A stretch of DNA of 64,000 nucleotides from Nageia nagi (lineage: Eukaryota > Plantae > Pinophyta), in NCBI GenBank assembly GCA_050084985.1, contig JBITNC010000001.1, forward strand, positions 152,954,001 through 153,018,000, read 5' to 3'. Shown in pieces: positions 52,541 through 64,000 of the stretch (positions are counted from its first letter, which is position 1; every line of letters begins with the position of its first letter). Under the pieces are notes generated by a model. That model saw nothing but the letters and a program-made list of their open reading frames with translations, made no database searches and was not told where the DNA came from. The translations under genes were made by a program, and so were the position numbers.

Positions 52541-53886
52541 AGTATGTTATATGTACAATAGTTATCATCATAGGTTTATGTAATTGAATAATTATAGATG
52601 CATAATATATGTAAAAGATATTGATTAACTATATATATTTAACCATCAATTTATAGGTTAAAGGCTATGGATCAATCTAGTTGTGCATCTAATCTCTCCA
52701 ACAAGGATCACCAAAATGATGTAACAAGCCTATACAATGGAGGAAATTATTTTAAGGTATGCCAATACATGGTTAAATAATAGTGATAAAATATATTGGA
52801 ATATGAAATTCATCTTATAATAAGTAAATATTATGGTCATATTCAAAAACCTCTCAAATACAAAAAATATTAAATCATACCAATGCTTTTTTGTACAGAT
52901 TTCATTTATGTAATCTATTTTGATAGATTCCTAATACATTATTAGAACTACTAGAGGTGTATAGAGTCAAAGATTTTTATTCATATCCTTAACAATATAA
53001 AAAAGAATGTAAGACTTTAGATGGTACTCAATATCCATATGTATGTGATGTTAATAAAAGTTACATTGTAGATGTATCCAAAGTCTTAATCAAACTAAAG
53101 TGTCTATATACTTCACCATAATGTACATCCTACATGAATTGATAAGATGCATCCTTTGTATTACATAATCAAACAAACTTAAATAATAAGTTATTATTTA
53201 AATGGAATTCATAAACCTTATTTTATTTTAAGATCTTAATTTATATATATGAGAAATTTAGATCTATTGAGTATATGTTATCCTAATAAATGAAGTTATG
53301 ATCATGTTATTCTAGTATTATGATGAATACATGAATTGGTGAATTTATAAAGTAATTATCTACTTTTTAATATTTTTCATTTTTATTATTTATCATTAAT
53401 TATAATTATGCCAAATAGTTTTATCTTTGTATGCAAAAACTAAATAGGCCAATTATCTAAGTGAATAATAGTATCCTTATGTTCTACTAGTATTTTCTTA
53501 TGCTCATATGCAAGGCTCTCAATGTGAACCATGAGAAGCACAATATTTTCCATGCATTAGATAATTTTAAGATATTATTTGGTAGAGAATAGATCTACTT
53601 GAATATTGAATGTGGATTTATAGATGTTAGAATACATGTCATAAATGTGAATGGTTTATATTTGTAACTTAGCTTGTTAACCCCATCAAATTATTATAGT
53701 TATATGGCCTTTCATGAAACATATCATATATTTATAAAGTTGCACTATCAAAAATGATAACATTTTGGATGTGATTAAATTTTTACTTACATGTAAACTA
53801 TTCAAACAATATGGTCTTAATTACACTTTGATTCAAAGTCATAAGCATTTGATGGTATCTTAAGAGATGATATATTATTTTTACTT

Positions 53887-56814
53887 ATTTATCTAAAATG
53901 GATCATATGATTAATGTAAAAATATAATTAGAGTAATGATTTCATAAGTTCTCATGCTTGGGTGGTGTTTGGAGAATTTTTCTCATGGTCTTGTGGAGTT
54001 GTCATATCTTGAACCTTTCATAAAATAGGTCAGTCATATTTGGGAAGGCATAACTTTTAATAGAGATATCCAATTGAGTTAATTCTTTTGCATTGGATGG
54101 TTTTCAAAGATACCTTTCCAATGAGTATATGTATGCCTACCTTCATGGAATATTTGAACTTCATAAGAGATGATTTCACGAGAACTATTCTTATCCAAAA
54201 TACAATACTTCAAGTTTCCATGTCATGCTAATAGTAATTTAGGGCATTCACACCATGCAAAAATTGGAACCTCATAGTAGGTGAAAATTCATGTGCACCT
54301 CATGGAGGAAGATGAAGGGAAAGATAATTATAAGGCAAAGAGATAGTTTAGGCAACCAAAAAATGAATCTTTAAGGATTATTTGTGAAAAGAGAAAAGGA
54401 GAGAAGAGAGAAAAAGAAAAGATATTATTGAACATTATGAGGAAAAGGAGAGTAGTCACTTCTATTCTAGGATACTACCATTGTTGGAGTAAACGCTATA
54501 ACTATTAGTGAACAACTACATCCATTGAAGAGATTATTGTAGTCAAATGGAAATCAAAACCAAGTTGGAGCAAGTCTTCATGCAGCTTCTTCTTCTCATT
54601 ACCATGTTTGATTTTGGTTGGCTGAATAAAATCAAAGCCTATTGATGAGTACAAAATATAATAACCTTAATGTAGGGTGAATAATATCATATTTATTTAT
54701 TCTATATATATTTCTTGCATTCTTCATGTATTGAGTAGGCCATATAGTGTTGTAGTGGAAATAACATTATGTGGGAGCATGTTGTATTTGTTTAAGGTAT
54801 GATATGTGTATCTAATACATGTATGTAATATCAAGTTCTCATTATAATCTTAGAGGGATATAGTGGGTTGAGAAACCTGCTTGTTACCATGAAAGAATGA
54901 TCTAAGAAGCTTATATAAGTCTTTTGGCTAGTTGTTGAGAGCACTCACTAGTAAGAGGTTGAGAGAATAGATTTGGGATCATGGAACAACATTGATCCTA
55001 AAATAAGATATGAAAATATTATCAAAGGAACAATATCGATGCCATAGTTGCAAAACAAAAAGGGCATAAACATCATTGCAATAGTGGAAAATATAGTTTT
55101 AAGTTGTACGAAGCATTAATAGCTTGGAGAACACTATGTACATCCGATTTGATTAATCAATAGGGGATAAGAATACCATAATAAAGATGAATAATATGTA
55201 TGAATATTCAAAGAAATATATAGCATATAGCTTTATGGTTTTGGATTCTAATTTATTGATCAATAATAAAATCAAAGACTCAAAAGGTGATATACTCATA
55301 CATTGAGAGGAACATATATAAATACTTGAGTTCTTTGTGTGGATGTGTATTCTTTATTAGTTGTATGTTGATATTGATGCATATTAAGAACATGGAGAGC
55401 ATAAAGATAAATATAAATATTTTAAAATTTGCATTTTAGGATTCAATTATGCTATAAGCATTCGATGATTATAAATCATATGGTATTAGAGCTAGCTGAG
55501 ATTACTTTGGGAATTTTGTAATACTTTGCAAGAAAAAATTGAGTTCCTAAATCCATGAAGTAGGTACAATAATATAAAAAAAAAGGGCTATAGCACCATG
55601 TGGAGAGGATACAAGTTCAAATTTGGAGATATGGAGTTTTCAAATTGTTTTTTAATAAGCATTTAGAGGCCAAAGGTCTCCTTGTTTGGTAGGTGTAATT
55701 CAAAATGGATTAGATGATTAATTCCAAAATATAATTAGAGTTAATATTGGATGAGTTCTCATACTTGGGTGGTGTTTGGAGCATTTTCCTCATGGTCTTA
55801 TGGAGTTGTCATATCTTGATCATGTCATAAAATAGATTAGTTCTCTTTGGGAAGGTATAATGTCTTATAGATATAGCTAATTGAGTTGATTCCTTTTTTC
55901 ATTGAATGGTAGTAAAAGATAACTTTCCAATGAGTATACACATGCCTAAATTTGTGGAATATTTTACCTTCATAAGATATGTTTTCATGAGAACTATCCT
56001 TATCCAAAATACTACATTTAGAGTATACACAGCATGCTAATAATCATTTAGGGCATCCACATCATGCAAATAATGTAACCTAGGGGAAGGTGAAGAGTCA
56101 TAGATATCTTGTGGAGGTAGATGAAGCAAAATATCATAAAAAGTAAAGATATGGATTTAGCAATAAAAAAAAAAAATCCTTAAGGATCATTTAGGAAAAG
56201 AGAAAAGGAAAGAAGAGAGAAAAAGAAAAGATATCAATGAACATTGTGAGGAAGGGGAGTGTAGACACTTCTATGGAAGGCTATTATGATTGTTGAAGTA
56301 TACCCTATAACTATTAGTGAACAACTACATCCATTGAAGAGATTGTTATGATTGAATGAAAATCAAAACCAAGGTGGAGCAAGTATTCATGTAGCTTCTT
56401 CTTCTCATTACCATGTTAGTTGATGGTTGGTTAGACAACATCATAGCCTCATGATAAGTATGAAATGTAACAAGCTTAGTGTAGAATGAATAATATCATA
56501 TTCATTCTATGATATATATATATATTTCTTGTATTTTTAATGTAGTGATTAGATCACATATTGTTGTAGTGTCAATAACATCATGTGGGAGCATATTGTA
56601 TTTATCAAAGGTATGATATGTGAGTCTAATACATGTATGTAATATCCTTAGCTCATTATACTCCTACAAGGATATAGTTGGAAGAGAAACCTTATTATTA
56701 TCCTATGAGAGTGATCTAATAAGTTTGTATAAGTCTTCCAACTAGTTGTTGAGAGCACTCACTGACAAGAGGTTGGAAGAACAAACATGGGATCATGGGA
56801 CAATATTAATACTA
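53887..56814 (+). mobile_element. Non-coding LTR element: ~1.6-kb LTR, ~215-bp internal region, truncated second LTR
   Basis: 53887-~54995 is colinear with 55694-56814. The first LTR ends aaatca (55478) and is followed by Met PBS tggtattagagc (55481-55492). The second LTR starts tgtaat at 55694. Confidence 0.7.
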
Positions 56815-59800
56815 TATACTCATACACATTTTTGGAGAAATAAGAAGAGTTTTATATGGGTATGATCTTTTTAATCTTTTACTATTTGATAAAATATTTA
56901 CACTTAATAAAATTTGAACATTTGTCACAGTGTTTGATTTTGGTAGAGATCCAATAGTATTGGAGTGAGTAAAAGTTGCTAAAATAGTGAAAAAATAGGA
57001 TAGTGTTGGTACTTAGTCATTTTTGAGTATTTATCATAATGTTCAATTTTGGAAAAGATCCAAAATTATTATGATGAATAAAGTTTTCCAAAATGATGGA
57101 AAATTAAATATTATTATACTTATCCATTTTCCAATATTTTATAGAGAAATTGATTTTGGAAAAGATCTGGTAGATCAGAGTAGACCAAATTATCTTAGAA
57201 TAGCAAAAAAATCAAATAACTTATTTTATTCAATTCTAACCCTACTAGAGTTGGTTTAATTACATTTCATAAAGAATTATAGTAAGATCAACTACCTAAA
57301 GTATTTCAATTTTGAAGATTTAAGTTTTAGCTATCCAAATCAAAGCATATCTAGATCATTCTATCAAAACATTGTATTTTACTTCTATATTTGATTCTAA
57401 TGAGTCCATTTGAATCTAAATGCCTCTATATATTTATAGAACCATGGAAAATTTATTTTCATTTAAATAAGATGATTTCATCTCTCATATTCAAGTTTTC
57501 AAGATTCAAACAAGATGAAGAGTGTTAACATACATGAAAGAATGACCTAGGTCTTTATATATTTGAATTTGAGTTGTAAATCTATCAAAGAATCAAATTT
57601 GATACTTTGTAAATATATAGTTAGTTAGTTACATATATTTTAATCTATCAAAGTTTGTTAAAGATTAGTTAGAAGATATTTTCTAGTCTAAACAATTGTA
57701 ATTATTACCTCCATTGAAGGAGAAGGGATAAAATATAGTAGATATTTCCCCTATTTTATACTAGCAGTAATGATAATGAAATGCAATTTTATTTTTGATC
57801 TCTTAACTATGATTTCTTTACCATTATTCTAAAATGGTTGTATCATATGTTTGTTTGCACTTCATGGACTATGAGAGGTTATCAATAGTTAATTTGTATC
57901 TATAAAGTGCTTGTAGAGTATTGTTATATGGAATGCCATATATTATTTGGTGGCTATAAAATCAAACTATATGATCAACTTGGAATTAGCTATAATGGAT
58001 GCTTATGCTGGTCTAGATATTTATTTTTGCTTATGTACACCCACTAGCCTAGTAGTTTAAGTTTTCTTTGGTACTATAAGTTTATTTTCTACACCTTTAG
58101 TTTTGTAAATCCTAGTCTAATCTTGATAGGAACTAACCTCCTCTAGAGATAGATTTCTAATATTAGAAATCATTCATTAAAATTATAGCTATAACATTGA
58201 TATGTTGGTGCATGTAAAAATTACCACATACCAATCAATAGTATTATAATTCTTTTTAGTAAGCCTAATGGGAAAATCTCCTACCTTGAGTTAAATTGTT
58301 CATGATAATCTAATCATGATTATGACTTTTCTTGGTTGAAACTAGTTTTATCTATAAAAAGATTGAACCCATAAAAGTTTTTTAAGTTTCACTTTTTTTA
58401 GTTTTTATTGATTACGAGAAAAAGGTCACAAACTAAGAAAGATAAAGAATTCCCTAGTGTTGAAAGTTCTAAAAGATATATGGAAACTCAAGTTACAAAA
58501 TTTAAATCTTTTACTGATCTTATTTATATTTTAACCCCCACCATGTTGAAATCTATTCCATCTTTTACTTTTAGGAATATTTTCAATCTACTTTTTTAGA
58601 TAGCTTAGCTAGATTAACATCTTATTTATGTAGAATGGAATGCTTTTGGTGCTCTCCAAGTTGCAAATCCCCATGATATCCTAGTGCATGTTGCCAAAGC
58701 TTTACAAAATTGGGATGGTTATAGAAAAACTACTTACAAACATTTTTAGGATATTACAAATATGTCCAAGTAGCATAACATAGTCTATGAAGATGTTATT
58801 CTTAGATTTCTTTACATGTCCCTTTTAATCAAAGTTTTAGATTGGTACAAAACACTTCCAACCAATTACATATCTAAATGGGTTCAACTTATAGAACCCC
58901 TCATTCTTGAATTTAATGAGGTTTGTAATCCCTACTCATTATTATCACAATTCAATCTCATTCAAAGTTATGCATAAGAGAATATATCTGAATTTAACCT
59001 TAGTTTTGCTAAATCTTAGGCTAGAGTGCCTCTAGTTGTGAGGTCACATCCTTCAATGGATTTAATGTTCCACCTTAGAGCATTTACTCTAGATTTAGCT
59101 TCAATAATTTATATGACTAGATCTCAATAATTTCTAGATATTTATAATGTTGCTTTACAAGCTTAAGCTTCTCTCATATGCACCCTCATCTTCCATGCAA
59201 CCTTTAATGCAAACTTATCCTTCATTGTTTGTAGCTCAAGCTTCTTAGTTACCTTAGTTGCAACTTCCAACATCATAAATTCACCTTATTCTACATGCAA
59301 CCCAACCCCAACTTGTGTTACCTACACCTTTTTCATAATTGGTACTTTCTACACCTTCCTCTAGTAGTAATGTGCAACAAGAAAATATGAATTAAATGAA
59401 GATTGCTAAATCAAAAACCTTGGTGAGAACTTTGTAAAATAAAAGGATAGCTAAATAAAGGGAAACTCAAAGGAAAATTTTCTATGATTGGAGGGATTAT
59501 GGAGATCAACAAAGGAGGTATCCCTATCCTACTAGATATCAACCATAATAAAGGGATCCACCCTAAATAGATAAAGTATATATGTATTCAAAGGTATACA
59601 TTCCTCCTTCTAATCAAGATTGGTGTAGAGCTTGTAATGACCCTCATTTTCAAAATTATTTTCCTATATACCAACATAAAACCATGTTGCTAGCTAATGA
59701 TGGAGTTAGCATCGACTATTATATTGATGAAGGAGAATTAGAAGCTAATCTCATGATTCTATTGTAACCTATTCATAGAGCTACTAAAATAAGGTCTATA

Positions 59801-62735
59801 ATTGAATAATTTTAGCCTTAGAGGCATATTCAATCTCATCTAGTTAATGCTATTCAAACACCATCTACTTTGTTTTTAATTTACCATCAAACACACTTAT
59901 AGGCAAATCTATGGTTATTGATAAGATTTTTCCAAAAAAGCAATTTTAAAGAAAACAACCTGCTTAGCCTATTGCTTTTTTGAAGATTCAAGAATGGGAG
60001 AAAGCAACTAAAACATCCATATTTTCATTTTTGATAGGATCCCAAAGAGAAGAAGCAACTTAGTCTTATAAGAGAAAATATCCAAAAGGGATTTATTTTT
60101 ATTTTGTTGCATACAATATTATGTATAAATCAAAGAAAATACCATTAAGAGAGTCACTCTTTATTATCTTATGTATTCTCAATCAAATTAACTTACTTAA
60201 GGTAGCAATGTTGATCCAAATTGAAGGAGATGATGGTTGGAATTATAGTCTAGATGTAGATGCAAAATTACCAATTATGGGGGAAATATACTTCCTCTTT
60301 TTTATATTACCCTAAACTATAAGGACAAATTGTACATAATTGCATGATATATTCAAGGACTTCCATGTTAGTTATTCCTAAAAAAATATTTGATGTCATT
60401 GGATTTACCTACATTAGAGTTTCAACTAGATGGATGGTATGAATATCAAGACCCTTGGTATAGTAAAATATGTTATAATAAAGCTTCATAGATATCTAAG
60501 GATTTCAATCATCTAAGATATGATAGTTGTTGATCTTCCCCCTATGTTTAGTTTATGTCTATCAAGAGAATTTACATCCAAAATAGGAAGGTACTTAGCT
60601 ATGGACTATTCCAATATGTCTATTTCCTTTAAGAACATAATGTTTAATGTTGTGAATGCACCTATAATAGGATTTCTCACTAAGAAAATTCCTCATATTA
60701 ACATGATAAATGAGAAGGCCTTGTTAATAAATACTATTTAATAGGGATTGAACTCTATAGATTCAATTTATAAACTTATGATCAATCAAATTGAGAGTAA
60801 TAATATGGGGAATATGTAATTATTGAAGATATTACATATTTACTAGCCCTTATCATTCAAGAACTAAGGGAAACTAAATTATGAAACACGCATTTTGATG
60901 GAGTGAAGTCTAATAATGGAGCTAGTACTAGGGTGGTATTCAGGTCCCCTTATAGTGAAACCAAAACATATTCTTTGTATCTTACTTGGATTTGTACTAA
61001 TAATGTAGTGGAGTATGAATCCTTATGCTTAGGGCTTGAGCAAGAAAGAAAGTTGAAAATACAATATTTGACTATTTTTGGTGATTTAGAACTGGTTATT
61101 AATCAAGTGAATTATAAGCGTTTTACTAAATATCATTATTTACAAAAATATTAAAAATAAAGTATGGGACTTATTAGATATCTTTGATGATCTAAATATT
61201 ACTACAATCCTAAGAGATTAGAATAGTGAAGTTGATGTCTTGGCTAAAAAGGAAACAATATTTGATCCTACTCATCAGTGGCTAAGAACAAAAGGTATTT
61301 AGTTGGCTTTCAAATATTCTATTCTAGAAAATGACTATTTTTGGTAAGCTTTTGATGATGATAAGTATAGTAACTCTTTCTTGGCTATACAAATAATGTT
61401 CAAAAAGCCAAGATTCACTAATTGAGTATTTAAGAAGAAGGCATTATACAATTAAAAAAATAATACTTTACCTAAGGTATTATTGCATTTTAAGATTTCT
61501 TTAATAAAGATTATTAATTAAGAAAAGGAAAGATTTTAGCTTTTGGTAATAACTTTAAATATTTAGAAGTAGCTCCTAACAAACTTCTTAAAGTTCATAT
61601 CAAGAAATCATCTAAAGATATTGATAAGATAGATGAGATCATGAAAGAGTTTACTAGTATCATGGCATATAGCTACGATGACTTGAAGGCATTTAACAAA
61701 TATGTTATCCAACAAACCATAGAGCTAGTGGAAGGAGTAAATCCTTTTTGGTAGAAACAAAGACCATTGAATCCTAAAATTAAAGTGGTTATGCAAAAGG
61801 AAATTCAAAACTGATTTTAGGAAAGGATCATATATCCCATCAAATATTCTACTTGGGTGTCTAATTTAGTGCTAGTTAGGAAGAAAAATGGAGATATCAA
61901 ACTATGTGTAGATTTATAGTATCTAAACCAAGCCTCACTAAAATACAATTATTCTTTGCCTCCTATGGAACAAATTCTATATATTTTTGCAATATCAAAG
62001 TGTTTCCCTTTTCTTGATGGCTTCTTTGGGTATAACCATATGTGGTTGAAAGATAAAGATCAATACAAAATAACATTCACCATAAAATGAGGAATATTTG
62101 CTTTTCAACAAATGCCATTTGACTTGTCCAATGGTGGAGTAACTTTTCAAAGGGCTATGGACCATGCATTTGGGAAATTAATCAATAAAAGTATTTTGGT
62201 TTATTTATATGATATCACTATTTTTTTTGTAAAATATGAAGTAGCACTTGTAGCATCTTTGATAAAATTTCCTTAAGTGCTAATAATTCAAAATATCATT
62301 GAATTCAAAAAAATCCATTTTTGCTCTGGATCAAGGAAAGTCACCAGTTCATGTAATTTCAAAGTTGAATTTTCAATTGATCCAAAGAGAGTGTAAGATA
62401 TCTTCAAACTCACCATTCTATTTAATATCAAGAAGCTACAAGCTTTTTTAGATCAAATAAATTTTGTGAGGAGATTCATCCAAAATTTTTCTATAATTAT
62501 CTGGCTAATAATAGAACTACTAAAAGATAAAGTTCATTTTAAGTGGACACATGAGAGAATCATGGATTTTGAATAGATCAAATCAACCATCATGTCTACT
62601 CTATTTTTGAAGAATATAAACTTTCCAAATGAATTTATTTTTTATGCATATGGAGTAGAGAAAAGTATAGCATTAGTTTTAACTTAGAAAGAAGATAATC
62701 ATGATAAACACCCTATAGCTTTCTTCATCCAAATT
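56815..62735 (+). mobile_element. Truncated Ty3/gypsy Tat element with PR-aRH-RT order (TatII-like)
   Basis: Probable LTR/UTR 56815-58400. Gag (YEDVILRFLYMSL..KVLDWYKTLP), protease (~60290-60660, IVVDLPPMFSLCLSREF), aRH (HFDGVKSNNG..CTNNVVEYESLCLGL, 60890-61250), RT (TWVSNLV.VRKKNGDIKLCVD, FLDGFFGYNHM, MPFDLSNGGVTFQRAMD, 61700-62590). RNase H is cut off at ~62735. Confidence 0.8.
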
Positions 62736-63229
62736 GATTTAACCTAAGTTAGAAAGCAATCTAGTAGTTGTCAAAATAGATAAAAATAGGTGATTTTTAA
62801 TGGGGGTTTAAAACTAGGAAACTTTCTAAAAATTGTAGCACACAGTATTGCATGTATTTTTATCCTATTTGAAGGCATTGAATTAATTGAAAAAGTAGCA
62901 TTGATTTTAAGTACATCATTTTACAACATTCAGTCCATACATAAACATATTTTAGTTTTGGTTTTTAGCTAAAAAATCCAATTCAACATACTAGTTTCAA
63001 AAATAAAGATTTGAAATTAATCAAAACCAACTACTCTTTGGTTGCATTCATTTCTTGAGCTTGTTGCTCTTACCATTACTATGGAGCTATAACCTTATTA
63101 ATTGAGAGTACATGGATTTCTTTTAGTTCTTTTTCTAGTGCTACATTTACCATATGATGTCACTCTAGCAATCTCTTTGCTTCAAATTAGGTTTAAACTA
63201 TCTCAATTAAAAAGCTTGCTCTAATAACC

Positions 63230-63778
63230 CCCTCTTGCAAATATTTTGTGGAGTTCTAAGTACTGCTAAATTACATCTTGGTATTTTACATCCAAAAGTG
63301 ATAAAAGAACTTAGTATCTCAATTATAAGTAATAATCTTTGGAACACCATGCAACCACACAACCTCATCAAGGAATAAGACTATAATCCAAGTGGCATCA
63401 TTAGTTTTTTGGAAAGCAATAAAATGCACCATTTTATAACAAAAAGTATATCTAACACAATAAACATTGAATCATTACCCTATTATTTTTTGGGTAACCG
63501 TGACATAAAATCCATACTCAGATCAATCTATGGTCTTATAGGAATTAGTAGTGGCATATAAAACCCTATATTTTATGCAAAGCCCTTAGTTGTTTGGTAT
63601 ACTCTACATCTAGAGATAAACCTAATCATGTATCTCTTCATCTTTTCCCAATAATACTTCTTTACAAGAGTCATAGTTTTGGTAAATCCAAAATGACTAG
63701 TTAAACCCCCACTATGTAATTACCTCAAGATGTTCTCTCTCATAGAGCCATTGGGAATGCATAATCTATTACCCAATT
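63230..63778 (-). pseudogene. Gypsy (CRM-like) integrase fragment
   Basis: GNRLCIPNGSMRENI..LHSGGLTSHFG..KT..KYYWEKM; GFYMPLLIPIRP*IDLSMDFM; KMVHFIAFQKTNDAT..FLDEVVWLHGVPK..DTKFFYHFW. Confidence 0.85.
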
Positions 63779-64000
63779 CACCCCTCCCTCTTGTAAAGGT
63801 TTTGTGGAGTGATTTTTTTATAGTGTTGGACCAATATGGTTTTGATCACTAAATTTAGTGTGGTGATGTGTAGAGGCTTGGACATAAGGGAGAGCATATT
63901 TTTCATGCTAACTTTTTTATGTTTAAGGAGAGTGTAGAGATTAAGGTAGAAAAGTAGCATAGTGGGAGAATGAAAAAAAGGACAAGAGTTTGATGGATAG

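Noticed and set aside
50219-53886. Possible LTR ends (ggggggatacaaca ~51603, aggggtattaca ~51802) and short ORFs
   Set aside because: No matching partner LTR, PBS or coding motif could be identified; too degraded to call.
63779-64000. Possible LTR starting near the window end and ORF 63778-63960
   Set aside because: Truncated by the window edge, with no supporting partner or protein motif.

Overview
Very AT-rich, strongly CpG-depleted plant intergenic DNA with no intact host gene. It is most likely from a gymnosperm/conifer (inferred from the style of the PLS-PPR fragments and a Tat element with PR-aRH-RT order). The window is a nest of old, stop-riddled transposons. From left to right: a minus-strand chromovirus (Tekay-like) Ty3/gypsy split by a full-length Ty1/copia; a LINE ORF1 remnant; a 1.6-kb CpG-retaining Helitron-like element carrying a hairpin plus PPR/DYW gene fragments; a 17.6-kb Ogre-type element with two accessory genes (a sense ORF made of a duplicated ~200-aa domain with F-box-like motifs, and an antisense, apparently spliced PMD gene); a pol-less gag+PMD LTR element; an LTR element with only ~215 bp of internal sequence; a truncated TatII-like element; and a CRM-like integrase fragment. 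The best candidates for something undescribed are the retrotransposon-borne tandem F-box-like ORF (31915-33381) and the Helitron-like hairpin/PPR mosaic (15746-17362), which could be a small-RNA locus. All alignments and counts were made by eye.
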